Source of the DNA: Levilinea sp.
GTDB lineage: Bacteria > Chloroflexota > Anaerolineae > Anaerolineales > Anaerolineaceae
Assembly: GCA_036751735.1 (NCBI GenBank)
Contig: DAIOUB010000002.1
Span: forward strand, 21,938-79,840
DNA length: 57,903 nucleotides
Direction: 5' to 3'
Part shown: positions 27,299-38,731 of the stretch, piece after piece
Position numbering within the stretch: the stretch's first letter is position 1
Layout: each line of letters opens with the position of its first letter
The notes under the pieces: generated by a model
Told to the model about the DNA's origin: nothing
Databases searched by the model: none
What the model saw: the letters and a program-made list of their open reading frames with translations, nothing else
Made by a program: the position numbers and the translations under genes

Positions 27299-27739
27299 AT
27301 GCCTGATGGAAAACGTTATAGCTTGATCCGACCGACCATCGACACACCGCTCCATATCGATTTTGAATGGTGGAAAACCCACGATAACAACTGGCGTGTC
27401 TTCCTGCAGTCATACTTATGCCCAACGCATCAGGCTGCTTTTGCCTCGATGGATCAAGACAGCCAAATTGATTTTATTGATCCGCAAACCGCTGAAGTTC
27501 ACAGCATGGACGGCTTGCAGCATGTGCTCATGAGCCACTGCGCTCGCCAGCCGGAATTCATCAATGTGAATACAACCCTGGTGGATGGGGCTTTTCGCGT
27601 TTTTCTGGCCAACGGCAACGCCCCCCTGTCCTCCAAAGAATTGGCTGAAAGAATCAACCGCCCGCCCGAAACTATTCTTCGGACGCTTTTGGGCCCAACG
27701 ATTTATAAAGGTTTACGTCCATTTCTTCAGGGGAATTAG
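27299..27739 (+). CDS. Hypothetical protein with possible Cys/His metal site and C-terminal HTH
   Basis: Follows the previous gene by 5 nt; CPTH and HC residues; PLSSKELAERINRPPETILRTL helix-turn-helix-like segment. Confidence 0.75.
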   Translation: MPDGKRYSLIRPTIDTPLHIDFEWWKTHDNNWRVFLQSYLCPTHQAAFASMDQDSQIDFIDPQTAEVHSMDGLQHVLMSHCARQPEFINVNTTLVDGAFRVFLANGNAPLSSKELAERINRPPETILRTLLGPTIYKGLRPFLQGN

Positions 27740-27765
27740 TTTATCCCGCCGTTGGTTGCAGTCAC

Positions 27766-27838
27766 GCCCTTGTAGCTCAATGGACAGAGCAGCGGCCTTC
27801 TAAGCCGTTGGTTGTGAGTTCGAATCTCACCAGGGGCG
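27766..27838 (+). tRNA. tRNA-Arg(TCT)
   Basis: Cloverleaf: acceptor GCCCTTG/CAGGGGC, D arm GCTC/GAGC, anticodon loop CT-TCT-AA, T arm GTGAG-TTCGAAT-CTCAC. CCA is not fully encoded (CCT follows). Confidence 0.96.
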
Positions 27839-27873
27839 CCTTGTTTTCAGGGCGTAGAGATCAGGAGGAGAAT

Positions 27874-28401
27874 ATGGATCCACAGCGCACCATCAAATTT
27901 GCTGGAGCAGATGTCAATATCTTGGGCACAGTTGTCAAAGCTGGCAGCCTCGCACCCGATTTCTACGCTCACACCCAGGATTGGCGCTACGTCTCGATCT
28001 TTGGGGAGACCGCCGGAAAGGTCCGCATTATCGCCGCGGTGCCGTCCCTTGAGACGGGTGTGTGTGACCGAGAGACGCGCCGCTTCAACACCGAAGCCGC
28101 AAATTTGAGCCAGGAAATTGCCATCATCACCATTTCGGCAGACCTCCCCTTTACCCAAAAGAAGTGGTGCGGAGCCGCCGGAATTGAGCAAGTTTGGGTG
28201 GTCTCGGATCACAAGGAAATGGACTTTGGCCAGAAGTACGGCTGCCTCATGGATCAGCCCCGTCTGCTGACCAGAGCCGTATTTGTGGTGGATCGTCAGG
28301 GGATCATCCAATACGCGGCCTACATGAACGCCCTGGGTGATGAGCCGGATTACGAAGCGGTGCTCCATGCCGCCAAGGCTGCCCTCAACAGCGGCGGATG
28401 A
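27874..28401 (+). CDS. tpx: Thiol peroxidase (atypical 2-Cys peroxiredoxin)
   Basis: VPSLETGVC..ETRRFN and IS.DLPF.Q..WC motifs; AGGAGG RBS before ATG 27874. Confidence 0.93.
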   Translation: MDPQRTIKFAGADVNILGTVVKAGSLAPDFYAHTQDWRYVSIFGETAGKVRIIAAVPSLETGVCDRETRRFNTEAANLSQEIAIITISADLPFTQKKWCGAAGIEQVWVVSDHKEMDFGQKYGCLMDQPRLLTRAVFVVDRQGIIQYAAYMNALGDEPDYEAVLHAAKAALNSGG

Positions 28402-28405
28402 TAGG

Positions 28406-28840
28406 ATGGCCAAGATGATCACGGTCAAGTATATTTCGAAACCAGCGCGCAGCGCAAGTTCGCCCATTGGGGACCCCTTCCTCAGCTCCACGATGGTCTC
28501 CTGGCGTTCCTCCCTTCGCCCGCATATCTTTCGCCCGCCCACCGATCTGTACGAAACCGAGCAGGCTTTGATCGTTCGCGTGGAAATTGGCGGCATGAAC
28601 GAAGATGATTTTAATATCGTCCTCAGTCAAAACCTGCTCCTCGTTCACGGCCTGCGCTCCGACCTCGAAGAGAAAAAAGCTTTCCTGCAAATGGAAATTC
28701 CCTTTGGTGAATTCTCCACCGAAGTGGAGTTCACCATTCCGGTGGATCTTGACCGCGCCGAAGCACAATACGAAAACGGGATCTTGTGGATTACCCTGCC
28801 CAAGGCCTCTCCTCACCAAGTCAAAGTGAATAAAGACTAA
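28406..28840 (+). CDS. Hsp20/alpha-crystallin small heat-shock protein
   Basis: P.D.YET, G.F and A.YENGIL.I.LPK motifs; directly upstream of lon. Confidence 0.88.
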   Translation: MAKMITVKYISKPARSASSPIGDPFLSSTMVSWRSSLRPHIFRPPTDLYETEQALIVRVEIGGMNEDDFNIVLSQNLLLVHGLRSDLEEKKAFLQMEIPFGEFSTEVEFTIPVDLDRAEAQYENGILWITLPKASPHQVKVNKD

Positions 28841-28845
28841 CCTTT

Positions 28846-31446
28846 ATGGCAGCTACCCGATGGCATATCACACCCGAAGAAATCACCCGTTGGACGAATG
28901 AAGAAGAAGATGAATTCATGGGGGATTGGATCTTGGATTTCTTAAAATTTCAAACGGAATCGTCGCAGCAAATGCCCTCCTTACCCGATGACTCACCCTC
29001 CGATGAGGCAGTTCTGGTTGAGAATCCTCAGATTCCAGCCGAGCTTCCCATCCTGCCCTTACGCGGCCTGGTGGTGTACCCCCTCACCGCGGTTCCACTG
29101 ACCATTGGCCAGCCGCGATCAATTCGCCTGGTGGATGATGTCGCCAACAGCGAGCGTCTCATTGGCCTCATTGCTGCTCGCGACCCCGAAAAAGAAGCCC
29201 CCAATCCGGAAGACCTTTATCAGACCGGCACCATTGCCATGATCCATCGGCTCTTCCGCGCCCCCGACGGCACGATCCGCCTGGTGGTTCAGGGGCTTTC
29301 GCGCTTTCGCGTCGTAGAATATCTCCAAACCGAACCCTACCTGAAAGCGCGCATCGAACCCGCGCCCGAAATTGAAGAAGAAGGCATCGAGATGGAAGCC
29401 CTGGCGCGCAATGTCCGCGACCAGTTCATCCACATCACCGAACTGATTCCCTCCATCCCGCGCGAATTCGTCAATTCGATTGCCTCCATCGAAGGCTCCC
29501 TTCAAACCACCTATTCCATCGCCAACTTCCAGCGCATGGATCTGCAGGATGCCCAGGATATTTTGGAGTTCGACTCCACCCGGGATAAGCTGCTGAAACT
29601 GGTCTCCATCCTCACGCGTGAAATCGAGATGTTGGAGCTGGGTCAAAAGATCCAAAACGAGGCCCGCTCCGAAATCGAGAAGGTGCAGCGCGAATACTTT
29701 CTGCGCGAACAGCTCAAAGCCATTCAAAAAGAGCTGGGAGAGCGGGACGAGCAAGCTGCGGATGTCGAAGATTTTCGCCAGAAAATCGAAAAAGCCGACA
29801 TGCCCGAAGAAGCCGCCAAACAATCCCAGCGCGAACTCGACCGCCTGTCGCGTCTGCCGACATCTTCTGCCGAGTACGGTGTCATCCGCACCTATCTGGA
29901 TTGGTTGGTATCCCTGCCGTGGAACACCCACACCAGTGACAACCTGGATATCACCCACGCTCGTGAGGTCTTAGATCATGACCATTACGGGTTGGAAGAC
30001 ATCAAAGCGCGCATTCTGGAATTCCTCGCCGTGCGCAAACTGCGTCTGGACCGCCGCGAAGAGCTTTCCCAGGACTTGCGCGACGACCAGATTCGCCGTG
30101 AGCGTGAAGGCGTAATTTTATGCTTTGTCGGCCCTCCGGGGGTAGGCAAAACTTCCCTCGGTCAATCCATCGCACGCGCCCTCGGCCGGAAATTTATCCG
30201 CATTTCGCTGGGCGGCATCCGGGATGAAGCCGAAATCCGCGGCCACCGCCGTACCTACATCGGCTCCCTCCCAGGGCGGATTTTGCAGGCGCTTCGCCGG
30301 GCTGAATCCAACAACCCGGTCTTCATGCTGGATGAAATTGACAAAATGAGCGCCGATTTCCGCGGCGACCCAGCCTCCGCTCTTCTGGAGGTGCTGGATC
30401 CGGAACAGAATTCGGAATTCCGCGATCATTACCTGGAAGTGGCCTTCAACCTCTCTCAGGTCATGTTCATCACTACCGCCAACACCCTTGAAACCATCCC
30501 TGCGCCCTTGTTAGACCGCATGGAAATCATCCAGTTGGCCGGGTACACCGAGGGCGAAAAGGTAAAAATCGCCAATCAATACCTGGTTCCCCGCCAGCTG
30601 CGTGAAAACGGCCTGCGCCCCGGCGAGGTTGTCTTCACCGAAGCCGCCATCCACACCATTATCCGCCAATACACCCGCGAAGCCGGCGTGCGTAACCTGG
30701 AGCGAGAACTGGGGTCGGTCTGCCGCAAGGTTGTCGCGCAGTTAGCAGAAGACAAACTGGATGTTTACGAAATTGACGCCGATCAGGTGCGCAAATACTT
30801 GGGTCGGCCTCATTTCCAGGGGGATGAAGAAATTTCCATGCGCACCTCAGAGCCGGGTGTGGCCACCGGTCTAGCCTGGACACCCGTCGGCGGCGACATT
30901 TTGTTCATAGAAGCCACGCGCATGCCTGGGGCCAAAGGCTTTCAGACCACCGGCTCCATCGGAAAAGTCATGGAAGAATCCGCCAAAGCGGCCCTGTCGT
31001 ATGTGCGTTCCCGCGCTGAGGTTTTGGGTCTGCCCGCAGATTTCTTCGATCATTCTGATATTCACCTGCACATCCCCGCTGGAGCTCAGCCCAAGGACGG
31101 CCCCTCCGCCGGTGTCACCATTGCCACCGCCATCGTCTCCTTGATCTCCGGGAAGCCGGTGCGCTCTGATGTGGGAATGACCGGTGAAATTACTTTGCGC
31201 GGCCAGGTTCTGCCCGTCGGCGGGATCAAAGAGAAGGTGCTGGCAGCCCACCGCTATGGCCTCAAGACCATCATCCTTCCCAAGAAGAATCAGGAAGACT
31301 TAGAGGAACTTTCAGAAGAAGTTCGCACCGCATTAAAATTTATCTTTGCAGAAACCGTTACCGATGTGATTCAAAACGCGCTGGAAGAACCTTCAAAACC
31401 GGCTTCCAAGTCCGCAAAAAGGGGAAGGCAAACAAAACATGAATAA
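28846..31446 (+). CDS. lon: ATP-dependent Lon protease (endopeptidase La)
   Basis: [29 protein letters not shown] (catalytic Ser) and VGGIKEK (catalytic Lys). Confidence 0.97.
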   Translation: MAATRWHITPEEITRWTNEEEDEFMGDWILDFLKFQTESSQQMPSLPDDSPSDEAVLVENPQIPAELPILPLRGLVVYPLTAVPLTIGQPRSIRLVDDVANSERLIGLIAARDPEKEAPNPEDLYQTGTIAMIHRLFRAPDGTIRLVVQGLSRFRVVEYLQTEPYLKARIEPAPEIEEEGIEMEALARNVRDQFIHITELIPSIPREFVNSIASIEGSLQTTYSIANFQRMDLQDAQDILEFDSTRDKLLKLVSILTREIEMLELGQKIQNEARSEIEKVQREYFLREQLKAIQKELGERDEQAADVEDFRQKIEKADMPEEAAKQSQRELDRLSRLPTSSAEYGVIRTYLDWLVSLPWNTHTSDNLDITHAREVLDHDHYGLEDIKARILEFLAVRKLRLDRREELSQDLRDDQIRREREGVILCFVGPPGVGKTSLGQSIARALGRKFIRISLGGIRDEAEIRGHRRTYIGSLPGRILQALRRAESNNPVFMLDEIDKMSADFRGDPASALLEVLDPEQNSEFRDHYLEVAFNLSQVMFITTANTLETIPAPLLDRMEIIQLAGYTEGEKVKIANQYLVPRQLRENGLRPGEVVFTEAAIHTIIRQYTREAGVRNLERELGSVCRKVVAQLAEDKLDVYEIDADQVRKYLGRPHFQGDEEISMRTSEPGVATGLAWTPVGGDILFIEATRMPGAKGFQTTGSIGKVMEESAKAALSYVRSRAEVLGLPADFFDHSDIHLHIPAGAQPKDGPSAGVTIATAIVSLISGKPVRSDVGMTGEITLRGQVLPVGGIKEKVLAAHRYGLKTIILPKKNQEDLEELSEEVRTALKFIFAETVTDVIQNALEEPSKPASKSAKRGRQTKHE

Positions 31447-31798
31447 AATTGTTTTGATCGAAGATGACATTACCATGCGCACGCTGTTAAAAACCCTGCT
31501 TGAATTCGAAGGGTTTGAGGTTGCCATCTATGGAGAAATCGAAGAAGACAAAGTCGCTGAAATGCTTAAGCAGGAACAACCCCAGGCCTTGCTTCTCGAT
31601 GTCCACTTACGCAAAGGCAATGGCATCACCATTCTGAAGTCCATTCGCGAAGATCCCCAAATTGCGGCTACGCGCGTTATCATGACCTCTGGCATGGACA
31701 TGAGCAGCCAATGCCTCGACGCAGGCGCAGATCATTTCTTGCTCAAACCTTATATGCCCGACGATCTCATTAACCTTCTGAAAGACCGCCGTGACTGA
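31439..31798 (+). CDS. Single-domain response regulator (receiver)
   Basis: IEDD, LLDVHL, IMTSG and GAD.FL.KP motifs. Confidence 0.9.
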   Translation: MNKIVLIEDDITMRTLLKTLLEFEGFEVAIYGEIEEDKVAEMLKQEQPQALLLDVHLRKGNGITILKSIREDPQIAATRVIMTSGMDMSSQCLDAGADHFLLKPYMPDDLINLLKDRRD

Positions 31799-32306
31799 TC
31801 GTCCGCTGCGCGTTGCTGTTTTGACTATTTCCGACCGCTCCTCAGCCGGCCAGCGCCCCGATCTTTCTGGCCCAGCTCTGGCTGCGGAAGTTGAGAAATT
31901 CGGCTGGGTTTGTGTCCAAACAGCCGTCGTTCCGGATGAAATATCCCAAATTGCTTCCATCCTGGTTAACTGGGCGGATTCCGGACAATCGGATCTCATC
32001 CTGACCACAGGCGGCACGGGCTTTTCCCCTAGAGATGTAACCCCCGAAGCCACCCGCGCCGTTTTACACCGCGAGACCCCAGGCATCGCCGAAGCCGTCC
32101 GCAGCCGCAGTCTGGCCGTCACCCCCCACGCCATGCTTTCGCGTGCCGTCTCCGGTATTCGCGGCAAATCGCTGATCATTAACCTTCCAGGCAGCCCCAA
32201 AGCCGCCGTAGAAAGCCTGGGTTTTATTGCTGCCGTCCTTCCTCACGCCGTCCAGTTGATCTCCGAAGATCCTCAATCGGAGCAAGGCCACCATTTCAAT
32301 CTGTAA
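31791..32306 (+). CDS. mogA: Molybdopterin adenylyltransferase, MogA/MoaB family
   Basis: LTISDR, D.SGP, TTGGTG...RDVTPEA, LSR and NLPGSP motifs. Confidence 0.92.
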   Translation: MTDRPLRVAVLTISDRSSAGQRPDLSGPALAAEVEKFGWVCVQTAVVPDEISQIASILVNWADSGQSDLILTTGGTGFSPRDVTPEATRAVLHRETPGIAEAVRSRSLAVTPHAMLSRAVSGIRGKSLIINLPGSPKAAVESLGFIAAVLPHAVQLISEDPQSEQGHHFNL

Positions 32307-32329
32307 ATTATCTCGCGGAGAGGTGTTCA

Positions 32330-32530
32330 ATGCCCGAAATTACCAATGCCGAGAAAAATGGGAAACTGCGCGTGATCGTCAAATTAAAAACCGGCGAACG
32401 CATTTCCATCTGCCGCTGCTTTGCTTCCAAGGAATTCCCCATCTGCGACGGCTCCCACCGCGGCCTGCCCTTCAACGTCGGCCCAGCCGTGGTTGAGGCA
32501 GTGAGCCCGGAAGAGGAAAAACCAACCTGA
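32330..32530 (+). CDS. CDGSH iron-sulfur domain protein
   Basis: CRC..S...P.CDGSH signature; GGAGAGG RBS. Confidence 0.9.
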   Translation: MPEITNAEKNGKLRVIVKLKTGERISICRCFASKEFPICDGSHRGLPFNVGPAVVEAVSPEEEKPT

Positions 32531-32552
32531 GTTGTTTTCGCTGAAGGGGTTT

Positions 32553-33830
32553 TTAAAAGCCGGATTCGAGAACTTCTTGTAAATCAGACTCTTTCGTCAT
32601 CACAGCCACAGGAACATTTCTACGCTGCAGTGCAGCCACGTGCTCCAAAATCGAATTCCGCCCACCAAAAGATACCGGGTCAATGTAAACCACCACCGGG
32701 TGTACGCCGCGCTGCGCCAGAGAAATGGAAGCGGTTACCACGCTGGAATCCGTGGCCGCAGAGATCAAAATCACCGTACTCCCCCGCGGCAGATGGTCTA
32801 ATTGTCCCAACACCACGGCGTCAAGCCCCATTTTCCCCTGACAGCGCAGCAACGCCAGCGTTTCTAAGATTTTCGATAACTGTCTTTCCCCCCGTTCGGC
32901 TGCGTGAATCACAAGGTACTGTCCTTCGCTGCAAAAACCCAACGACTGTCCGCGCATCAGAAAATACTTGGCCACCGAAGCCGCCGAAGACACCGCATAC
33001 TCGAAGGAGTCCTTGGGCAGGATACGTTCGCTTTTGTGCTGCCACAGCCAAAATTGGTCAATAGTCGTTGGTCTGTTGGCCTTTTCCAGGCTAAAATGCG
33101 TCCCAGCCTGGGCATCCACAAAGATCCACACATCCGCCCGCGGATCCTGCTCAAATTCTTTCACCATCAAGTGATCTTTGCGCACGCTGGTGGGCCAGTG
33201 GATACGGTTCAGCGCATCCCCCGGCGCATATTCACGCACGCTGGCCGCGTGGGGTGTCACCTCGTGGGTTTTCAGTCTTTTGGCGCGCCCCCCCGGCAGC
33301 AGCCCCGGAGGAAACGGAAACACGCGCAAATCCACCGTCAGCGGTAATACCAACAGGCTTTGCCCGCCGGGGATTTTTCGTCGGTAAGCAAAAATTCCAA
33401 ACGGGTCACCTGCATACAATGAGGTCGGCCCCAATAGAAATTGCCCCCGTTCCTGCAGCAGCGTATAGGCTGAATACCCGCGCACTTCATTTTTGTTCAG
33501 CCAGGAGAGCACGCGCGACCCTCCGCATCCGGGTAAATTGGACTCATTGCGCACATCCACCCAGGAACGCTGGAAGGCAGCCAAATTCTCAATCTCAAAT
33601 CGTTCTTCAAACACCTGGCCCAGCTGCTGACGCAGCCCCCGCGCAAAGCGTCTCACCGCGAACCTTCGCACCGAGAACGCCGCCCAGATGAAGCTCACCA
33701 ACAGCATCAAAAGGCACAGGTAAATGAGACGGTAAAATATGCCGGTCTGGGTTGGGTTCAGAACTTTAACTGCGGCCCAACAAGCCAGCATCACCGCCAA
33801 AATCGCCCAGAACGTATTGCGAACTCTCAT
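32553..33830 (-). CDS. DUF58 domain protein (MoxR partner)
   Basis: DPFG, VREY.PGD...RIHW..S, LMVKEF and FE.A...AAS motifs; coupled to moxR. Confidence 0.9.
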   Translation of the reverse strand: MRVRNTFWAILAVMLACWAAVKVLNPTQTGIFYRLIYLCLLMLLVSFIWAAFSVRRFAVRRFARGLRQQLGQVFEERFEIENLAAFQRSWVDVRNESNLPGCGGSRVLSWLNKNEVRGYSAYTLLQERGQFLLGPTSLYAGDPFGIFAYRRKIPGGQSLLVLPLTVDLRVFPFPPGLLPGGRAKRLKTHEVTPHAASVREYAPGDALNRIHWPTSVRKDHLMVKEFEQDPRADVWIFVDAQAGTHFSLEKANRPTTIDQFWLWQHKSERILPKDSFEYAVSSAASVAKYFLMRGQSLGFCSEGQYLVIHAAERGERQLSKILETLALLRCQGKMGLDAVVLGQLDHLPRGSTVILISAATDSSVVTASISLAQRGVHPVVVYIDPVSFGGRNSILEHVAALQRRNVPVAVMTKESDLQEVLESGF

Positions 33831-34804
33831 CCGGCGCGATCGGGTTTCTCCAGGTTTCCGCCTGGGACGGGAATAGTATGGAGCACTTCTTGAATGATCG
33901 TTTCAGCACTGATATTCTTCAGCCGTGCCGCCGGATCAATGATGATGCGGTGCGCTAAGACAAAGCTCGCCAATCCCTTCACATCATCCGGCAGCACAAA
34001 ATCACGGCCGTTGATCGCGGCCCGCACCTGAGCCGTCCGCACCAGGCTCAAACTGCCGCGCGGACTGGAACCCAGGTACACATCCGCGCTGTTGCGCGTT
34101 GCCCGCACCAGCTCCACGATATACCGTTTTACTGGCTGTGACACGTACACATATTTGACCATTTCCTGCATTTGCAGCACTTCTTCCAACGGTGCAACTT
34201 CGTTGAGGTCGTTGATCGGGTGCTTAATTTGCTGAAGTTCCAGAATGTGCACTTCATCCGCCAGCGCAGGGTATCCCAGCCGCAGCCGCATCAAGAAGCG
34301 GTCCAACTGCGCTTCCGGCAGCGGGAAGGTGCCTTCATACTCGATCGGGTTTTGGGTGGCCATCACCAAAAACGGGTCAGGCAGGCGGTGCGTCACCCCG
34401 TCCACCGTGATCTGCCGTTCTTCCATCGCCTCCAATAACGCCGATTGAGTCTTGGGCGTGGCGCGGTTAATTTCGTCCGCCAGCACAATCTGCGCCATCA
34501 AAGGCCCTGGGCGAAATTCGAACTGGCGCGTCACCTGGTTAAAAATGGACACACCCGTCACATCCGAAGGCAGCATATCCGGCGTGAATTGGATGCGGCT
34601 GAATTGACAGCCCAGAGATTTCGCCAGCGCGCGGCTGACCATCGTCTTCCCCACGCCCGGGACATCTTCCAGCAGCAAATGCCCCTGACAAAGCAGTCCT
34701 GTCACAATCAATTCCAGGGTGTCGCGTTTCCCAACAATCACCCGTTCCAAATTCTCAAGGATGCGGGAGCTAAAATCTTGAATGCGCTCAACTTCCAGTT
34801 CCAT
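33827..34804 (-). CDS. moxR: MoxR family AAA+ ATPase
   Basis: [55 protein letters not shown] motifs. Confidence 0.95.
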   Translation of the reverse strand: MELEVERIQDFSSRILENLERVIVGKRDTLELIVTGLLCQGHLLLEDVPGVGKTMVSRALAKSLGCQFSRIQFTPDMLPSDVTGVSIFNQVTRQFEFRPGPLMAQIVLADEINRATPKTQSALLEAMEERQITVDGVTHRLPDPFLVMATQNPIEYEGTFPLPEAQLDRFLMRLRLGYPALADEVHILELQQIKHPINDLNEVAPLEEVLQMQEMVKYVYVSQPVKRYIVELVRATRNSADVYLGSSPRGSLSLVRTAQVRAAINGRDFVLPDDVKGLASFVLAHRIIIDPAARLKNISAETIIQEVLHTIPVPGGNLEKPDRAG

Positions 34805-37157
34805 AATCACTCCTCAGCTTCTTAGTCAGCGGCTTTCGTGTGCGCAGGATTACCCCCCATGTTATCACAAATATCAAACTGAAAAAAGTCGCCGCAGCGC
34901 CCCAATAAAAACTTGCCGGTTGGTAACGGAAAGTTATGGTGTGCCGCCCGGCCGGGGCTTTCGCCGTCATGAACACCCCGTAGGCCGGGAAAATTTCCAG
35001 CCTCTTCCCGTCCAGTTCCGCCCGCCAACCCGGATAATACACATTCGCTGCCGTCAGCCACCCGTCCGTTTCCGCCTCGTAGGTCACCACAATTTGCTGT
35101 GCGCTTTTTTGCCTGGTGAGAAAGGTGACTTCACCCGAGCTGCAATCGCCGATCACTTCACGGCGGTACCCTTCCACAATCAACACAGGCAATTCGTCCG
35201 CCGCGCGCATGGCGTCCGTCACAGCCGCCTGCAGATCTTCACCTCGGACGATCTGCGCGCAGGTGTGCCAATGCAGCCAGTCGCCGCCTTCCAAAGGCTT
35301 ATATCGTACCCCCAGCGGCGTGAAACCGTCCAATTGCTCTACAGTATCCACATTGGCTATGCGCAGCCAACGGCTCAACGCCTCGCCCGTAAGTTCCTTG
35401 GCAACCCCTTGCCAAAACACGTATCGAGCCGGAACAAAGGGGTCAAAGTTGCCCACCAACTCCCTGCCGTCCAACAGATTCAGGTTCGGCAGCAGCACCG
35501 CGCGTTCATGTCGGGGATCCTCAATCGGCTGGTAATCCTCAAATCTCAGGAAGCGCCGGAATTTGAGCTGATATTCATCGTCCTGTGAAAGGTACACTCG
35601 CCCGCCGTTGGAGATATCCGGGCCTGTCTCCACCGCATAGAACTGCTGGGGAACGCTGGGGATCAGGTGCCGATTCGCCGTCCACAGGTCGGCGCCCACC
35701 CACACCACCACCCCCACCAGCCACACCTGACGCCACCTCAGACTGCTGTTCGCCGTGGGGTGGGTTAAGCTCAGGACGCCGGCACCCAACCCCCAAACAC
35801 CCGCCAGGGCTGCCGCGCGGATGAAGGATGGGCTGACGTTGCCCATCATCATCCAGGCCGCCCCAGCCCCCAACGTCACCGCAAACCCGCCCGCGGTTGC
35901 CAGCCGCGTCCAATACAGCCCCCTGCCGGTCGGCCGCTTCCACAGGTCAGTGCCCAACCCTGCCAGCATCGCCAGACCAAATGCCGTCCACACCAAAAAG
36001 CGCGACGGTGCATTGAACATGTCAAAAGTGGGAACATGTTCGAACAGGAAAGGGAAAATAGGAAAATTTTTTCCCAACCCCAAAACGATACCGCCTACCG
36101 CGAACCCCCATAAAAGCACCGTGCCCATCCTTTTGGGCACAGATCCCTCCTCTGCCGGCTTTTTCCGCCCGCTCATCAGCGTGCGCAAAGCCAGCAGCAG
36201 CGGTAAGATTCCCAGATACAGGGCATCTTCCCAATAATTGGCATATCCCCAATAATCGCCTGTGCCCGGGTTTCCGAACAAATCCGGTGCCGCCAAAGAC
36301 AGCAGCCGCCACGGCCACAGAGAGTACGTCAGCGCCGTCTCATAATCCACCGCGGACGAGCGCTGCGATTGGAGCAAGAATTCTGCCGTCGGCACCAGCT
36401 GCACCGCCGCGATCATCCCAGCCAGAATGCCGGCCGCCAGGAACATCCCAACAGCGCGGATCACCCCCGCTGCTTTGCCGTTTCGCCAGCCCCCTACAAC
36501 CACCCACACGCCTGCCAGCATCAGGATATACCAGCTCAGCTGCGCATGCCCAGCCAGAAGCATCATCGCGATTGGCAGCACCAAAGACCAGCTGAGCCAG
36601 CTTGGCCCATTTTCCGAGGGTTCTTCAAGGCTTCCAAACGGTGACGCAATTCGGTTTGCCCCCAGAACCACAAAAGGCATCCACGCCCCGGCCCAGATCA
36701 TGCTGAAAAAATTCACCCGCCCAATCCAATACTGCCCGAACGCAAACGCCAGCGCACCGACCACCTGTCCCAACGGAGACACACCCACAGCCTTCAGCAG
36801 CCGCGTCATCCCCCAGCCGCCCCAAATCAGGTGCAGCACAAGCAGCAGCGAAAATGCATAAGCCAGCGCCTCGTTTCCCCCTACCGCCGCAAACAAAAAG
36901 GTTATCCAGGTGGGCGGATAAAACAGGGCTGATTGGTAGTTTGCCATCAGCGGCGCGCCCATCCCATTCAGCGCGTTCCACAGAGGCAACTCCCCACCTA
37001 ACAGCAACTGCCAGGCATACACCCGCCAGGGGATAAACTGCAGGCCTGCCGTTCCCCAATACAGCGCTTCGCCTCCCACCAGCACCCTGGCAAACAGCAG
37101 GATGGGCAGGATCAAAATGGTCGCAAGGGTGAGGGGCAGTCGCTTGAAAGGCTTCAT
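34788..37157 (-). CDS. YfhO-family polytopic membrane protein (GT-C-fold glycosyltransferase-like)
   Basis: PLWN....G.P..AN.....YPP motif, many TMs, C-terminal YYPGW.A..DG and G.H.I...Y.P followed by a TM. Confidence 0.8.
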   Translation of the reverse strand: MKPFKRLPLTLATILILPILLFARVLVGGEALYWGTAGLQFIPWRVYAWQLLLGGELPLWNALNGMGAPLMANYQSALFYPPTWITFLFAAVGGNEALAYAFSLLLVLHLIWGGWGMTRLLKAVGVSPLGQVVGALAFAFGQYWIGRVNFFSMIWAGAWMPFVVLGANRIASPFGSLEEPSENGPSWLSWSLVLPIAMMLLAGHAQLSWYILMLAGVWVVVGGWRNGKAAGVIRAVGMFLAAGILAGMIAAVQLVPTAEFLLQSQRSSAVDYETALTYSLWPWRLLSLAAPDLFGNPGTGDYWGYANYWEDALYLGILPLLLALRTLMSGRKKPAEEGSVPKRMGTVLLWGFAVGGIVLGLGKNFPIFPFLFEHVPTFDMFNAPSRFLVWTAFGLAMLAGLGTDLWKRPTGRGLYWTRLATAGGFAVTLGAGAAWMMMGNVSPSFIRAAALAGVWGLGAGVLSLTHPTANSSLRWRQVWLVGVVVWVGADLWTANRHLIPSVPQQFYAVETGPDISNGGRVYLSQDDEYQLKFRRFLRFEDYQPIEDPRHERAVLLPNLNLLDGRELVGNFDPFVPARYVFWQGVAKELTGEALSRWLRIANVDTVEQLDGFTPLGVRYKPLEGGDWLHWHTCAQIVRGEDLQAAVTDAMRAADELPVLIVEGYRREVIGDCSSGEVTFLTRQKSAQQIVVTYEAETDGWLTAANVYYPGWRAELDGKRLEIFPAYGVFMTAKAPAGRHTITFRYQPASFYWGAAATFFSLIFVITWGVILRTRKPLTKKLRSDYGTGS

Positions 37158-38731
37158 GGCTCCCATTCCACAGCATACAAGGTATATCCCTCCACCTCAG
37201 CCAGCTCCACCAGCCAGGGAAGGTTCTTTGCCGCTGCCAGCCCCGCATCGTTGGGCGTAAACAGCACATGCGTCACCCGCTGGGCCGCCAGCCATTCCAG
37301 TTCCGCTTCCGCCGGGTTTGCCAAAAACGCTTCGACCTTCGGACGCAGTTCGCTCAGATGGGCGCTTTCGGGCCCATGTCCAATCAGCGTGAATTGCGGC
37401 GTCCAGGCGGGCAGCGCATTCGAAGTGTCGTATTCCGCCAGAATCACCGCGTCCTTCGGCAGCAGGTCGCGAATTTTCGAGAACATCGCCGTCTCTGGCC
37501 CCGGGCGAAACACGGGCGGCTGTACCGTGCGAACCGCCAATCCCCCTCCCGCCAGCAAGATCACCGCCGGGATAAACAGTGTCACCGCCGCAGCCCGGGC
37601 CGCCCGTTGAACTCGGGCTGAGGTGTGCAGGTAACCGAGCAGCGCCAGCACCACGCAGGCCGCCCAGCCGCCCTCCGTCAGCCGCCGCTGCAAATCATAA
37701 GGCAGGTACGCCGCAGGGATGAACACGGCTGCCCAGAGAAGAAAAAATACACCCGTTCCATTTCGTTCTCGAAGTACAGCCCATCCACCCCAGATCGCCA
37801 AGGGGATCACCGGCGCATAAGCCAGCAAGAAATCACTCAGCGGCGGGGAAGTGATCAGATTTTGTTGCGCCCACACCCGCAGGTACGGATCCGTCAGGAA
37901 ACAGATGCCTGTATAAATCACCAAAGGCGCCGCAAAGAGGCCCAACCACACCGCCGTACGTAGAAATCGCCGCAAATCCCAGGGCCATTTCGTCAAACGT
38001 GAAAGGATCAACCTTCCCGCGCCGTACAACCCCACCACGCCCAGACCGATGATCAAGCTTTGCGGCTGCATCAGTCCCGCCAAAAACCAGCTTCCCCCGG
38101 CCGTCAACCGGTCTTTCAGCGGCACATCTTCCTGTTCATTTTTCAGCAGCACATACAGCCCCCAAAATAGAAAAGCGCGCGACCACACCAGATGGGGCAG
38201 CCCCAATACAGATAAGAATCCAAAAGCCTCCGGCGAATAGAACTCCAGCGGCGTCCGCTCCTGCCACAGCGCCTGCAGCCCAAACGGTGCCAGCCATCCC
38301 AGTCCGCCGCCCGCCGTCACCAAAGCAGTCCCCATCCAGCGTATCTTTCCGGGTGGGAAGAACAGCGAGAACACCCGCTCCAGCGCAAAGCACAAAGCAA
38401 AAATCCCCAAGATACGAAACAGGTGGAACAGCACCACCAACTGCGCATGCTGTCCGGGGTTCGAGGTCAATTTCCCCAGCAGCAAATAGGGTAAGAAAGC
38501 CAAAAAACCGGTTTGCGGCATATTGGTGTAAGGTGTGCGAAACAGCCAATCTCCCTCTGCGCCGCGCAGCATCTTGGCGATGTAAGAATTCCCATCCTCC
38601 ACCCCAAAGACAAAGCCGGTGAAGCGCGCTTCACCCTGCTGATAGAAACCCACCAGGTACGGCAAGGTGGTCAACATCGCCAGACCAACCGCCAGCAGGA
38701 TCCATCCGCGCCGCGCTTTAACCATTCTCAT
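37154..38731 (-). CDS. Polytopic membrane protein, GT-C-like, paralog of 40889..42424
   Basis: First loop DGNSY.AKM...GDWLFR.P.T, multiple TMs, soluble C-terminal domain with GH.. motif; start uncertain. Confidence 0.7.
   Translation of the reverse strand: MRMVKARRGWILLAVGLAMLTTLPYLVGFYQQGEARFTGFVFGVEDGNSYIAKMLRGAEGDWLFRTPYTNMPQTGFLAFLPYLLLGKLTSNPGQHAQLVVLFHLFRILGIFALCFALERVFSLFFPPGKIRWMGTALVTAGGGLGWLAPFGLQALWQERTPLEFYSPEAFGFLSVLGLPHLVWSRAFLFWGLYVLLKNEQEDVPLKDRLTAGGSWFLAGLMQPQSLIIGLGVVGLYGAGRLILSRLTKWPWDLRRFLRTAVWLGLFAAPLVIYTGICFLTDPYLRVWAQQNLITSPPLSDFLLAYAPVIPLAIWGGWAVLRERNGTGVFFLLWAAVFIPAAYLPYDLQRRLTEGGWAACVVLALLGYLHTSARVQRAARAAAVTLFIPAVILLAGGGLAVRTVQPPVFRPGPETAMFSKIRDLLPKDAVILAEYDTSNALPAWTPQFTLIGHGPESAHLSELRPKVEAFLANPAEAELEWLAAQRVTHVLFTPNDAGLAAAKNLPWLVELAEVEGYTLYAVEWEP

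Noticed and set aside
27748..27814. 11-bp direct repeat GCCGTTGGTTG upstream of and inside tRNA-Arg, as a possible att scar
   Set aside because: It is short, lies 5' of the tRNA rather than duplicating its 3' end, and there is no integrase or foreign DNA nearby.
27808..27873. N-terminal extension of the tpx ORF in the six-frame track
   Set aside because: It overlaps the tRNA; the true start is ATG 27874 behind an AGGAGG RBS.
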